A stretch of 64,000 nucleotides of DNA from an uncultured Candidatus Binatia bacterium (GTDB taxonomy: Bacteria > Desulfobacterota > Binatia > UBA9968 > JAJDTQ01): the NCBI GenBank assembly GCA_965242525.1, contig OZ251459.1, positions 3,520,001 to 3,584,000 on the forward strand, given 5' to 3'. The notes below the pieces were generated by a model. It worked only from the letters and a program-made list of their open reading frames with translations, was not told the DNA's origin and searched no databases. Below, piece by piece: positions 36,940-47,327 of this stretch (position 1 is the stretch's first letter; each line of letters begins with the position of its first letter). The position numbers and the translations under genes are program-made.

Positions 36940-39900
36940 GCACCGTCGGCCAGCGGGAGATCCACACGCAGAGGCAAACGGTCGCGTTCTTCCGGGACGC
37001 GCTCGGCTACGCCTTCCTCGGCAACCGGAAGGACCGCCCCGGCAACGGCAACGTCGAGGAAGCGCTGCTCACCGGCTTCCTCGAACGCCGGGGGCATGAC
37101 GGCAGGATCATCGGCAAGGCGCTGCGCGAGCTGCGCAAGGCCGCGGCGCTCGGCGGCGGCAAAACCCTCTACGACGCCAACCGCGAGGTTTACGGCCTGC
37201 TCCGCTACGGGGTGAAGGTCCGGCCGGACACCGGCGGGCCGCACGTCACCGTCTGGCTCATCGACTGGTCGAACCCCGACGACAACGACTTCGCCGTGGC
37301 CGAGGAGGTGACCGTCGCCGGGGAGAAGAACACCAAGCGGCCCGACTTGGTGCTGTACGTCAACGGCGTTGCCCTGGGGGTGCTGGAGTTGAAGCGATCC
37401 ACGGTGTCGGTCGGCGAGGGCGTCCGCCAGAACCTCGACAACCAGAAGCCGGAGTTCATCCGGCCGTTCTTCGCCACCGTGCAGCTCCTCATGGCCGGCA
37501 ACGACACCGAGGGGCTGCGCTACGGCGTGGTCGAGACGCCGGAAAAGCACTGGCTCCGCTGGAAGGAAGCCGACGCCCACCCGGCCGCGGGCGGCAACCC
37601 GATGCTGCGCGAGCTTGGCCAACTCTGCGCCAAGCCGCGGCTGCTGGAGATCGTGCACGACTTCATGGTCTTCGACGCGGGCGTCAAGAAGACCTGCCGC
37701 CACAACCAGTACTTCGGGGTGCGGGCCGCACAGGCGCGGGTCCGGAGCCGCGAGGGCGGCATCGTCTGGCATACCCAGGGCAGCGGCAAGAGCCTCACCA
37801 TGGTGTGGCTGGCCAAGTGGATCCGCGAGCACGTCGAGTCTGCCCGGGTGCTGCTGGTTACCGACCGTACCGAGCTGGACGAGCAGATCGAGAAGGTCTT
37901 CAAGGGGGTGGACGAGGACATCCACCGCACCACCAGCGGCACGGACCTGGTGCGGGCGCTCAACGCCGGCGACCGGTGGCTGGTGGGGTCGCTGATCCAC
38001 AAGTTCGGTGTGTCCGAGGAGGCCAGCGACGAGGACGTGGAGACCTACCTCGACGAGGTCCGCAGGAGCCTGCCCAGAGGCTTCCACGCCAAGGGCGAGC
38101 TGTTCGTGTTCGTGGACGAGTGCCACCGGACCCAGTCGGGGAAGCTCCACGGGGCGCTGAAGAAACTGCTGCCGGACGCCATGCTCATCGGCTTCACCGG
38201 GACGCCGCTGCTCAAGGGCGACAAGCAGCGGAGCATCGAGACCTTCGGGTCGTACATCCACACCTACAAGTACGACGAGGCGGTGAGCGACGGCGTGGTG
38301 CTGGACCTGCGCTACGAGGCGCGCGACATCGACCAGCGCCTCACCTCGGAGGACAGGATCGACCAGTGGTTCGAGGTCAAGACCCGGGGACTGACCGACG
38401 TGGCCAAGGCCCAGCTCAAGCAGCGCTGGGGCACCATGCGCAAGGTGCTGAGCTCACGGGACCGGCTGGAAAAGATTGTCGCCGACGTCCTGCTCGACAT
38501 GGAGACGCGGGACCGCCTCCAGAGCGGACGCGGCAACGCCATGCTGGTCTCCGACAGCATCTACTCGGCCTGCCGCATCTACGAGATGTTCGACAAGACC
38601 GACCTGAAGGACAAGTGCGCCATCGTCACCTCCTACAGGCCCATGGTCTCGGACATCAAGGGCGAGGAGACCGGCGAAGGACGCACCGGCAAGCTGCTCC
38701 AGTACGACGTCTATCGAAGGATGCTGGCGGCGCACTTCGACGAGCCGGAAGAGACGGCGATGCACAAGGTCGAGCGCTTCGAGCAGGAGGTGAAGCGGCG
38801 TTTCGTGGAGGAGCCGGGGCGGATGAAGCTCCTCATCGTGGTGGACAAGCTGCTGACCGGCTTCGACGCGCCGCCGGCCACCTGCCTCTACATCGACAAG
38901 CCCATGCGGGACCACGGCCTGTTCCAGGCCATCTGCCGGGTCAACCGCCTCGACGGCGAGGACAAGGAATACGGCTGCGTCATCGACTACAAGGACCTGT
39001 TCCGGTCGCTGGAGCAGTCCATCGAGGACTACACCGGCGAGGCGTTCGACGGCTACGACGCCGAAGACGTGAAGGGTCTGCTCAAGGACCGGCTGCGAAG
39101 CGGGCGGGAGCGGCTGGAGGAGGCGCGGGAGGCGGTGAAGGCGCTCTGCGAGCCGGTGGAGCCGCCGCGCGACAGCGCCGCCTACCTGCGCTTCTTCTGC
39201 GCCGCGGAGGGCGGCGGCCACGCGCAACTCAAGGACAACGAACCCAGGCGCGTGGCCCTCTACGAACTGACCGTGGCGTTCCTGCGGGCCTACGCCAACC
39301 TGGCCAACGAGATGCAGGAGGCCGGGTACTCCGAGGCCGAAGCGCGGGAGGTCCGGGCCGAGGCGGACCACTACGAGAAGGTGCGCCTGGAAGTCAGGCT
39401 GGCCAGCGGCGACTACATCGACATGAAGCTGTACGAACCGGCCATGCGGCGCCTGCTCGACACCTACATCCGGGCCGAGGAGAGCGAACGTTTCTCGGAC
39501 TTCGACGACCTGACGCTGGTGCGGATGATCGTCGAGCGAGGGGCGGCCGCGGTGGAGTCCCTGCCCGCGGGCATCCGCCGGAACCCCGAAGCGGTGGCCG
39601 AGACCATCGAGAACAACGTCCGGCGGATCATCATCGACGAGATGGCCGTCAACCCGAGGTACTACGAGAAGATGTCGGAGTTGCTGGACGCCCTGATCCG
39701 CCAGCGCCGGCAGGAGGCCATGGACTACAGGGAATACCTGGCCAAGGTCGTCGCCTTGACGAAACGGGTCCACACGCCGGAGACCGGGGCGTCCTACCCT
39801 CCGAGCATCCACACCGCGGCGCTTCGGGCGCTCTTCGACAACCTGGAGGACCCGCAGTCTCCGTTGACGCTGGACCCGCCGGCGCCCTACGACCACAAGC

Positions 39901-40091
39901 CGCCTGCGGATACCAGGGAGGCGAAAGCGCTCGCCCTGGACCGGGCCGTCCGCGGCGTCAAGAAAGCGGACTGGCGGGGAAACCGGTTCAAGGAGATCGA
40001 GGTCCGCAACGCCATCCAGTCGGTGCTGGACGGCGACGATGGACTGGTGGACAGGATGTTCGACATCGTGAAGGCCCAGCGTGACTACTGA
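36936..40091 (+). CDS. hsdR: Type I restriction endonuclease subunit R
   Basis: RPDLVLYVNG..LELK, HTQGSGKS, DECHR, GFTGTP, DKLLTGFDAP, QAICRVNR; GTG start. Confidence 0.97.
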   Translation: MSTVGQREIHTQRQTVAFFRDALGYAFLGNRKDRPGNGNVEEALLTGFLERRGHDGRIIGKALRELRKAAALGGGKTLYDANREVYGLLRYGVKVRPDTGGPHVTVWLIDWSNPDDNDFAVAEEVTVAGEKNTKRPDLVLYVNGVALGVLELKRSTVSVGEGVRQNLDNQKPEFIRPFFATVQLLMAGNDTEGLRYGVVETPEKHWLRWKEADAHPAAGGNPMLRELGQLCAKPRLLEIVHDFMVFDAGVKKTCRHNQYFGVRAAQARVRSREGGIVWHTQGSGKSLTMVWLAKWIREHVESARVLLVTDRTELDEQIEKVFKGVDEDIHRTTSGTDLVRALNAGDRWLVGSLIHKFGVSEEASDEDVETYLDEVRRSLPRGFHAKGELFVFVDECHRTQSGKLHGALKKLLPDAMLIGFTGTPLLKGDKQRSIETFGSYIHTYKYDEAVSDGVVLDLRYEARDIDQRLTSEDRIDQWFEVKTRGLTDVAKAQLKQRWGTMRKVLSSRDRLEKIVADVLLDMETRDRLQSGRGNAMLVSDSIYSACRIYEMFDKTDLKDKCAIVTSYRPMVSDIKGEETGEGRTGKLLQYDVYRRMLAAHFDEPEETAMHKVERFEQEVKRRFVEEPGRMKLLIVVDKLLTGFDAPPATCLYIDKPMRDHGLFQAICRVNRLDGEDKEYGCVIDYKDLFRSLEQSIEDYTGEAFDGYDAEDVKGLLKDRLRSGRERLEEAREAVKALCEPVEPPRDSAAYLRFFCAAEGGGHAQLKDNEPRRVALYELTVAFLRAYANLANEMQEAGYSEAEAREVRAEADHYEKVRLEVRLASGDYIDMKLYEPAMRRLLDTYIRAEESERFSDFDDLTLVRMIVERGAAAVESLPAGIRRNPEAVAETIENNVRRIIIDEMAVNPRYYEKMSELLDALIRQRRQEAMDYREYLAKVVALTKRVHTPETGASYPPSIHTAALRALFDNLEDPQSPLTLDPPAPYDHKPPADTREAKALALDRAVRGVKKADWRGNRFKEIEVRNAIQSVLDGDDGLVDRMFDIVKAQRDY

Positions 40092-40092
40092 G

Positions 40093-40315
40093 GGAAACCC
40101 GGAATCATTTCGGTTCGAGTTCCCTCGCTCCATGGGAAAGCGCGTCCTTCGACTTCGGGAACCTCTGGACAATCAGGGCAGGACGCACTTTCCCATAGGG
40201 AGAGGCGCCTCGATCCGGAATTGATCAGAGGTTCCTGTAATGGATGCCTCCAAGGAAGATACAACTACGCTCAGGACGAACGGAGATGAACGGAGGTAGT
40301 CGTTCAGGGTTTACC
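40093..40315 (+). mobile_element. MITE with a second MITE (40158-40235) inserted into its REP core
   Basis: Outer GGAAACCC...CAGGGTTTACC; inner GGAACCTCTG...CAGAGGTTCC splits CTTCGACTTCG from CTACGCTCAGG. Confidence 0.75.
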
Positions 40316-40333
40316 GAGGGCGAGGACGGCCGC

Positions 40334-41107
40334 ATGGACATCGACAGGACGCGGCGGTTCGAGGAGCAGGGCGGGGCCGCGGAGGTCGAGGACGGCTCCA
40401 TGGACATCGGCGGGACGCCGGTGGAGGTGGTCCGCAAGGACATCAGGAACCTGCACGTGGGCGTGTACCCGCCGAGGGGCCGGGTGCGGGTGGCGGCGCC
40501 GCTGCGCCTGGACGACGAGGCCGTGCGCTTGGCGGTCGTGGCGCGTCTGGGCTGGATCCGTCGGCGGCAGGCCGAGTTCCAGCGGCAGGACCGCCAGTCC
40601 CGCCGGGAGTTCGTGACCGGCGAAAGCCATTACTTCGAGGGGCGGCGCTACCGGCTCGACGTGACCGAGCGCCCCGGCCCGTCGACGGTCCGTTTGCTGG
40701 ACAACACGAGGATGATGCTGCGGGTTCGCCCGGGCGCCGGACGAGACACCCGGGAGGCCATCCTGCATCGCTGGTACCGCCGTCGGCTTCGCGGCCGGTT
40801 GCCGGCCCTCCTCGCCAAGTGGGAGCCGCGCGTGGACGTGCAAGTGGCCGAGGCGCGCATCAAGAGGATGAAGACCCGCTGGGGCACGTGCAACCGGGAC
40901 GCCCGCCGCATCTGGCTGAACCTGGAGCTGGCGAAGAAACCCGCGCCCTGTCTCCAATACGTGGTGCTGCACGAGATGGTCCACCTGATCGAGCCGCGTC
41001 ACGACGACCGTTTCCGGGGCCTGATGGACAGGCTCATGCCCCGGTGGCGCCTGCACCGGGACCGCCTCAACCGCACGCTGCTCGCTCACGAGGACTGGCG
41101 TTACTGA
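40334..41107 (+). CDS. M48/SprT-like (YgjP, DUF45) zinc metallopeptidase typical of type I RM loci
   Basis: MKTRWGTCN, IWLNLEL, YVVLHEMVHL..HDDRF. Confidence 0.9.
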   Translation: MDIDRTRRFEEQGGAAEVEDGSMDIGGTPVEVVRKDIRNLHVGVYPPRGRVRVAAPLRLDDEAVRLAVVARLGWIRRRQAEFQRQDRQSRREFVTGESHYFEGRRYRLDVTERPGPSTVRLLDNTRMMLRVRPGAGRDTREAILHRWYRRRLRGRLPALLAKWEPRVDVQVAEARIKRMKTRWGTCNRDARRIWLNLELAKKPAPCLQYVVLHEMVHLIEPRHDDRFRGLMDRLMPRWRLHRDRLNRTLLAHEDWRY

Positions 41108-41201
41108 AACGCTGAACGATTATCCCCGTTCATCCTGAGCGTAGCGAAGCGAAGTCCTCCGTTCATCCTGAGCGTAGCGAAGCGAAGTCGAAGGACGCGC
41201 T
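41106..41201 (-). mobile_element. MITE family copy with tandemly duplicated REP core
   Basis: GAAACGCTGAACGATT end overlapping TGA; CCGTTCATCCTGAGCGTAGCGAAGCGAAGTC twice. Confidence 0.7.
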
Positions 41202-41590
41202 CCGGGAGTCGGCGAGGGCTTCGAGACCCGTCGGTCGCGCCGCGGCTATATGGCGAGCGCGCCAAAGAACAACAGCAGGTTCTCCATGCCCGTTCCCTCC
41301 CTTCCTTGTGCATCACCATCACCGCCTGGCGGCGCGCCACCCCGCCAGCCGCCGCCAGTAGCCGCCCGCCCAGGTCATCCCCACGCCGCCCCCCGATGGT
41401 GTCAGCAGCAGGAGGCAGTCAGCGGCGGGGGCAACTGGCCGAAGCGAAGGAGCCGAACGCCTGAGCGCCTCCCGTTTCTCAGCACTTTTTACCCCCTGTT
41501 TTTGCCGACATTTTCAGCCGTTTCCCGCCCATTTCTCCCCGTTTTTTGCCCGAAACCGTCACTATTCTTGTCTCCCGCCCTTCCCTCGAT

Positions 41591-41647
41591 CCCCCACGAT
41601 TCCCCAACCCCCAACGCCACTTAGCGCCACTTCACTCCACTTCTCAA
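41591..41647 (-). promoter_or_regulatory. MraZ-box-like direct repeats with candidate promoter
   Basis: Minus strand TTGAGAAGTGGAGTGAAGTGGCGCTAAGTGGCG: three AAGTGG at exact 10-bp spacing. Confidence 0.5.
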
Positions 41648-41754
41648 GTATTTTGTCTCTCAATACCCCCACCAGTATCGACGAACAGATGGCTGAAACG
41701 GGTTGAGCCGGTTCGCTTCGTCCGGCGCTGTCAGTTAGGCGCGTTTCCGCGGGA

Positions 41755-41784
41755 TTGACACCGCAGGGCGTCTCTCGTTAGGTT
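41755..41784 (+). promoter_or_regulatory. Putative sigma70 promoter
   Basis: TTGACA-18nt-TAGGTT upstream of 41812. Confidence 0.4.
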
Positions 41785-41811
41785 GACGCCACAGTCGGAG
41801 GGACCGCGGCC

Positions 41812-42492
41812 ATGACCGGAAGGGAATTCGTCGAATCGTTGTGGAGTCGATACCATGATGACCTGGAGGGGCCGGTCATCGCCATCCGCAAGGCGCTGGC
41901 GGAGCTGGACCCGAAGACGCCGGAGTTCGTGGCGCTGATGCAGCGGCAGGCGAAGAAGGAGTTGGCCCATGCGGTGGCGTTCACCAGGGCGCTGCTGCAA
42001 TACGGCGAACTCGGCGCCCACGAGCGGGCCCAGGTGGCCGAGCAGGCGGCGGACGAGTACCGGCACTACGCCCTCATCGAGGACTACCTCGACGGCCGCG
42101 GGGCCGCGGGCGATGTTCCCGCGGACGCCTACGACGGCTACTTCGGGCAGTTCCTCACCGGCGACGTGCGCGCGTTCCGGCTCTGCAACATCGCGGAGAA
42201 GTCCGCGGTGGTCTTCATGCAGCACATGCGGGACGTGACCCCGGACCCGGTGGTGCGTCAACTCGCCAAGGCCATCGTCGATGACGAAGAAGGCCACGAA
42301 GACCGCGTCATGGAAAAGCTCGCGCGCTTCGCGGAAGACCCCGGCAACCGCGAGCTGCTGGAGAAGATGTTCGTCCAGAGTTGGAGCAGCCAGAAGGAAG
42401 GCGTGATGCGGGAAGGGCGCGAGATCGGCATCGACGTGGACGGAATCCTCCGGGACCTGAGCGCCCGCCGCGGCCCGCATCAGCCGAGCTAA
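41812..42492 (+). CDS. Ferritin-like di-iron domain protein
   Basis: GGAGG RBS; DEYRH and DEEGH ExxH motifs. Confidence 0.8.
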   Translation: MTGREFVESLWSRYHDDLEGPVIAIRKALAELDPKTPEFVALMQRQAKKELAHAVAFTRALLQYGELGAHERAQVAEQAADEYRHYALIEDYLDGRGAAGDVPADAYDGYFGQFLTGDVRAFRLCNIAEKSAVVFMQHMRDVTPDPVVRQLAKAIVDDEEGHEDRVMEKLARFAEDPGNRELLEKMFVQSWSSQKEGVMREGREIGIDVDGILRDLSARRGPHQPS

Positions 42493-42651
42493 CCCCCTGC
42501 CGCCCCTCGCCCGGACGAGCGTACCCTCCCCCCTTGAGGGGGAGGGACAGGGGGGGGGGGGTCAACCAACCCGCTGCAGCACGCAGCAACCACACCAACA
42601 GAGCCGCACGCTCGTGACCCCGCGAGCCGGGGACCACGCCGGCAACCGGCT

Positions 42652-43599
42652 TCAACTCCAGAAGCCGTGCTTTCGAGAGACCTCCATGTAGTGCTCCAGC
42701 CCCTTCTCCAGGGAGTACTGCGGCTCGTAGCCGAGGACGGCCTTGGCCGCGGACAGGTCCACCCGGGGGCGCGCCTTGCCTTTGCCCGCCCCCTCGGCCA
42801 GATCCACCGTCCGGTCCGGCAAGAGCTTGCGCAACGCCCGGAGGAAGTCCTGCGATCCGTAGATCCGGCCCGCGCCCACGTTGAACGACTTGCCGGGCGC
42901 GTCCCTGGCGGTGCAGGCCAGCGCAATGCCCCGGCCCACGTCCGCGGCGTACACGAAATCGTTGGGTCCCACGTGCCGGTCCTCCAGCCGGATGGGGCCG
43001 TCGTCCAGGCACACGCGCACCAAGTCGTTCATGGCGATGCCGCCCCCGGAGCCGCCGCGGTAGTGTCCGGGTCCATAGACCCCCGTGGGCCGGATGCGCA
43101 CGCATTCCATGCCGTAGTAGCTCTCGTACGCTCCGAGCAGGACCTCGTTGGCCACCTTGGTGGCCGGGTAGAAACGGTTGCCCCAGAGCGGAAAGTCCTC
43201 CCTGACCGGACCCCGGCGGATGTTGGCCCAGTCATAGACGCCGAAGGTGCTCACGTGCACCAGCCGTTTGACACCGGAGAGCTGGCAGGCCTCGAACACG
43301 TGCACCGACCCCACGGTGTTGGTGCGGAAGCCCCGGAAGGGCGGGGACTCCACCTGCCCGCCGATGAGCCCCGCGGTGTGCACCACCACGTCCGGCTTGG
43401 CCCGGGACAGGGCTCGAAGCAGGTTGGGCAGGTCCAGCAGGTCGCCGCGCAGCGTCGTCACCCGCCGCTTCCCCGCCATGGCCGCGACGTAGCCGGGGTC
43501 GGGATTGACGTCGTAGAGGTGGACCGAGTGCCCCGCCTCCGTAAGCTCCTTCGCCGCATGACATCCGATCATGCCGGCTCCGGTAATGAAGATCTTCAT
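42652..43599 (-). CDS. NAD-dependent epimerase/dehydratase
   Basis: ITGAGMIG, YPATK, VYGPG, DFVYAADV. Confidence 0.9.
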   Translation of the reverse strand: MKIFITGAGMIGCHAAKELTEAGHSVHLYDVNPDPGYVAAMAGKRRVTTLRGDLLDLPNLLRALSRAKPDVVVHTAGLIGGQVESPPFRGFRTNTVGSVHVFEACQLSGVKRLVHVSTFGVYDWANIRRGPVREDFPLWGNRFYPATKVANEVLLGAYESYYGMECVRIRPTGVYGPGHYRGGSGGGIAMNDLVRVCLDDGPIRLEDRHVGPNDFVYAADVGRGIALACTARDAPGKSFNVGAGRIYGSQDFLRALRKLLPDRTVDLAEGAGKGKARPRVDLSAAKAVLGYEPQYSLEKGLEHYMEVSRKHGFWS

Positions 43600-43727
43600 G
43601 CCGTTCCTCCGTCCAGGTTCCGCCCACTCATGGCGCCCGCTGCGCGCAGCCGCCCCGACTTTCTTCCGATCTCTCGAATACTCTCGAACACGCGAGCGGG
43701 CGCCCCATCGCCCGGCCTGCCTCGGAC

Positions 43728-45299
43728 CTACCCGGCCCGCTCCACCTCGAAGGCGGCGATGTTGCGGTCTTCCTTGCTGAACTCCACCCCGATCAGGTGG
43801 ACGGGCTGGCCCACGTGCCGGTACTTGTCGGCGTAGCCCTTGGCCTTCAACTGGGCCAACGCTTCCCCCGTGGCCTCCTTCTCCACCGTCTTGAACTCGA
43901 ACACGTAGATGTGGTTGTCGAGGCGCACCGTCATGTCCGCACGTCCGACGCTTCCGCTATCCTCCGCCGTCAGGTCGAAGCCCTGGGCCGCAAAGCAGGA
44001 ATAGACCACGCTGGCGTAGTAGCCCTCGTATTTCTGGATGGCGTTCCTGACGTGCCACTGGTAGGGAACGCCGGCAAAGACGGCCCGGAAAAACGCCTCC
44101 AGCCCCGCGAAGTCGTTGGCGGACAGCAACTTCCGGAGGGATCCGTCCCGCGTCAAGTGCTGGGACTCGTCAGGCAGCAAGGCCATCAGCAAACGCTCGT
44201 TCAGGCTCTGGCGCACTTCCCGGTTGGGGTAACCCAGGCGGTAGCGTATGACGCCTTCCCGGTTCTCGTAGTCGAGGACCGTGAGGTAGCCGGTCTGGAA
44301 CAGCAGCGCCTCCGTGGCCATCTCATCCACGTCGAAGGCCGACAGCAGGGCCTCGTCGCCGGTCATGCGGTCCAGGTTCAAGGTGGAGACGCGGCGCTGC
44401 TTCAGGAGGTCGATGAGGAACTTGGGGGAGCCGGTCTCGAACCAGTGGGCCTTGAACTCGCGGACCTCGAACAACAGCAGGACGTCGAAAGGGTTATAGA
44501 CCTTTTCGTTGCCCCGCCAGCAGTAGCCGTTGTACCAGTGCCGTATCTCGTCCCGGTCCAGGCCGGGAAGTTCGGGCGCGAACACGGTGTCCAGGTCTCC
44601 GTCCGTGTAGCCGCAGATGGCGGAGTAGCGCGGGTCCAGGGTGATGTCCTTCAGGTTGTTGAGGCCGGAGAAGATGCTCACCTTGGAGAACTTGCTGACC
44701 CCGGTGAGAAAGGCGAACTTGACGTGCGCGTCGCTGGACTTGATCGTGGAGTACAGCCCGCGCAAGTAGTCCCGGTTGGCCTGGGCCACTTCCGGCGCCT
44801 CCAATGCGTCGAGTATCGGCTTGTCGTACTCGTCCACCAATACCACCACGCGCGCTCCCGTGCTTTGGTGCAGCGCCCGGACCAGATGCCGGAGGCGGGT
44901 CGGGCCGCTGCCTGACCGGGCATCGACTCCGGCGCTTTCCTCCAATTCGTCGAGCTGGTCCGTCACGTCTTCCTTCAGCCAGTCCGGATCCTTGTAGTTG
45001 CCGCTGCCGAAATCCAGCCGCACCACCGGGCAGCGCACGTCCCAGTCCCAATGGTCGTGGATGGCCAGCCCCCGGAACAACTCCTCGCTCCCCTCGAACA
45101 GTTCCTTGATGGTGTCCAGCAGCAGGCTCTTGCCGAAGCGCCGGGGACGGGACAGGAAGTAGCAGCGGCCTTCGTCCACCAGCCGCCGGACCCAGGGGGT
45201 CTTGTCCACGTAGTAGCAGTCCTCCTCCCGGATCACCCGGAAGGTCTGGACGCCGATGGGCAGCTTGCGTTTGGCTGGGCCGTCTTCGGGAAGGCTCAT
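43728..45299 (-). CDS. AAA-ATPase-like protein with C-terminal PD-(D/E)XK nuclease
   Basis: LPIGVQTF, RPRRFGKSL, DEYDKP, YNPFD, FQTGYLT, GRAD..FEFK, QL..KGY. Confidence 0.92.
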   Translation of the reverse strand: MSLPEDGPAKRKLPIGVQTFRVIREEDCYYVDKTPWVRRLVDEGRCYFLSRPRRFGKSLLLDTIKELFEGSEELFRGLAIHDHWDWDVRCPVVRLDFGSGNYKDPDWLKEDVTDQLDELEESAGVDARSGSGPTRLRHLVRALHQSTGARVVVLVDEYDKPILDALEAPEVAQANRDYLRGLYSTIKSSDAHVKFAFLTGVSKFSKVSIFSGLNNLKDITLDPRYSAICGYTDGDLDTVFAPELPGLDRDEIRHWYNGYCWRGNEKVYNPFDVLLLFEVREFKAHWFETGSPKFLIDLLKQRRVSTLNLDRMTGDEALLSAFDVDEMATEALLFQTGYLTVLDYENREGVIRYRLGYPNREVRQSLNERLLMALLPDESQHLTRDGSLRKLLSANDFAGLEAFFRAVFAGVPYQWHVRNAIQKYEGYYASVVYSCFAAQGFDLTAEDSGSVGRADMTVRLDNHIYVFEFKTVEKEATGEALAQLKAKGYADKYRHVGQPVHLIGVEFSKEDRNIAAFEVERAG

Positions 45300-45386
45300 G
45301 GAAACACCATAACCCCTTGCCGAAGCGGGGTCAAAACCGATACTCGGCCTTGTCCGGGTGGGGTGGACGGGTTACATTGCACTGCC

Positions 45387-46817
45387 ATGCCGCATGTCCG
45401 ACCCGTCATCCGGGGCGCTTCCGCGGTGCTCGCCCACGTTCCGGGCCTGGTTCGCTACGGCTCCAAGCCGTTCCGGGAGGCCGGGGCGCGCCCGGAGTTC
45501 CTGCAGGAACTCGTCCGGGGCCTGTGGAGCTACGACGAGGCGCGCCGCTACCTGCCCAACCAGGTGTTCATCGGGAGCCAGCCGCCAGACCGTCTGTGGG
45601 AGGTGGAGCCGCCGTGGTTCGACAAGCTGGACCATGCGGAGGACGGGCGGACCCCCTTCGGCCGTGTCATGGAGGAGCGCTGGTTCCTGGCGCTGTTGGC
45701 GTGCGCGGACCCTTTCGGGCACGTGGTGCTGCGGGAACGGTTCTGGGAGGAGACAGGCCCCGTGCTGTCGGCGTCGCCCCTGACCGCTCCCCTGGTTTCC
45801 GGGGCGCCGCGGCTCCTGGGCGACGCCGAGGCCCGGCCCGACGGCCTGCCGCTGTTCCCGGGCGGCGAAGGCGCTCCGGTGGGGGCGGTGAAGTCCGGGC
45901 ACTCCGAGGACGAATCCCTTTCCGCGCCGGTGCTCCTGGAGAACCTCTGCTGCAAGGTGTCCGGCGCTCTGGCGGTCCGCGAACTGCCGGGTCAGGTGCA
46001 GGGGGCGAGCCTGGAGGACGTGGACCTGGTGCTGAGTTGCTCGGAGGAGGCGGTGGGGGACCGTTACCAGCGCGGCGGCGGCAACATGGGCAAGGCCGTC
46101 GCCGAGTTCGCGGGATGCGGGCGCAGCACCGGGCTCGACATCAAGGACTTCTGCGCCGCGCCCATCCCCGCGGTGGTCATCGGCGCCTCGCTGGTGCAGA
46201 GCGGCGTCTTCCGGAACGTGGTGGTGGTGGGCGGCGGGTCGCTCCCCAAGCTGGGCATGAAGTCCCTCTACCACCTGGAGCGGAACGTCCCGGTGCTGGA
46301 GGACGCGCTGGCCGCGGTGGCCGTCTGGATCGGCCCGGACGACGGCAGGAGTCCGGTGGTGAACCTCGACTGCGTGGGCCGCCATCCGGTAAGGGCCGGC
46401 GCCGCCCTGGACAAGCAGTTCCGGGAGCTGGTCCTGGAACCGCTGCGGCGGTTGGATTGGGGCATGGACCGCATCGACCGGGTGGCCACGGAGTTGCACA
46501 ACCCGGACATCACGGTGGCGGCCAAGGCCGGGGACGTGGCCGCCAGGAACTACCGGATGATGGCGGCGATGCTGGCTGCGGCCGGGGAGATCGACCGAAG
46601 CGAAGTGGCGGGGTTCGCGCGGGAGAAGGGGGTGTGCGGCTACGCCCCCACCCAGGGGCACATCGCCTCCGGCTTCGTGTATGTGCCCCACGCGCTCCGG
46701 GAGATCGCGGCCGGGACCATCCGGAACTGCCTCCTGGTGGCCCGGGCGAGCCTGTTCCTCGGACGAATGACCGAACTCACCGACGGCCTGTCGGTGCTGA
46801 TCGAGCGCAACGGATGA
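45387..46817 (+). CDS. grdC: Glycine/sarcosine/betaine reductase component C beta subunit
   Basis: CSEEAVGDRYQRGGGNMGKA, FCAAP, KLGM, ELHNPDIT, APTQGHIAS, SLFLGRMT..DG. Confidence 0.9.
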   Translation: MPHVRPVIRGASAVLAHVPGLVRYGSKPFREAGARPEFLQELVRGLWSYDEARRYLPNQVFIGSQPPDRLWEVEPPWFDKLDHAEDGRTPFGRVMEERWFLALLACADPFGHVVLRERFWEETGPVLSASPLTAPLVSGAPRLLGDAEARPDGLPLFPGGEGAPVGAVKSGHSEDESLSAPVLLENLCCKVSGALAVRELPGQVQGASLEDVDLVLSCSEEAVGDRYQRGGGNMGKAVAEFAGCGRSTGLDIKDFCAAPIPAVVIGASLVQSGVFRNVVVVGGGSLPKLGMKSLYHLERNVPVLEDALAAVAVWIGPDDGRSPVVNLDCVGRHPVRAGAALDKQFRELVLEPLRRLDWGMDRIDRVATELHNPDITVAAKAGDVAARNYRMMAAMLAAAGEIDRSEVAGFAREKGVCGYAPTQGHIASGFVYVPHALREIAAGTIRNCLLVARASLFLGRMTELTDGLSVLIERNG

Positions 46818-46835
46818 AACCGAAAGGAGGATCGC

Positions 46836-47306
46836 ATGACGGGAGGACCCATCGACCTGAACGGCAAGAAGCTCATCATCCTCGGGGAGAGGGACGGCGT
46901 CCCCGCCCCGGTGATCGAGGAGGCCGTAGCGGGACTGGGCGGCGAGGTGGCCTACGCCGCCACCCAGTGCTTCGTTTGAACGGCCGCCGGGGCCATGGAC
47001 CTTGAGGATCAAGGTCGAATCAAGGAACTGGCGGAAGCGTACGGGAAGGAAGGCATCGTGGTGCTGCTGGGCGCTCCCACCACCGAGAGCGTCCAGGTGC
47101 AGTTCGAGACCGTCACCACCGGCGACCCTTCCTATGCCGGCCCCCTGGCCGGAGTGGATCTCGGGCTGGACGCCTACCACGTCTTCGAGCCCAGGATGAA
47201 GGCCACCATCCGGCCCGAACGATACGCGGACCTCATCGAGACCCTGGAGATGGGCCTCGAGTCCGACGAAATCGTCTCCGCCCTGGCCGAGATGCGGGCG
47301 GGATAG
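46836..47306 (+). CDS. grdA: Glycine/sarcosine/betaine reductase selenoprotein A (Sec at codon 48, TGA 46977-46979)
   Basis: AAGGAGG RBS; IILGERDGVPAP...TQCFV(U)TAAGAMDLEDQ...TVTTGDPSYAGPLAGV; frame stays open across TGA. Confidence 0.92.
46998..47016 (+). promoter_or_regulatory. Candidate bacterial SECIS hairpin
   Basis: GACCTTGA-GGA-TCAAGGTC perfect stem, G-containing loop, starting 18 nt after the TGA. Confidence 0.7.
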
Positions 47307-47327
47307 GCGGACGGGCGCCGGCCGTCC

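Noticed and set aside
46995-47306. 103-aa ORF as a stand-alone gene
   Set aside because: It is the post-Sec portion of grdA
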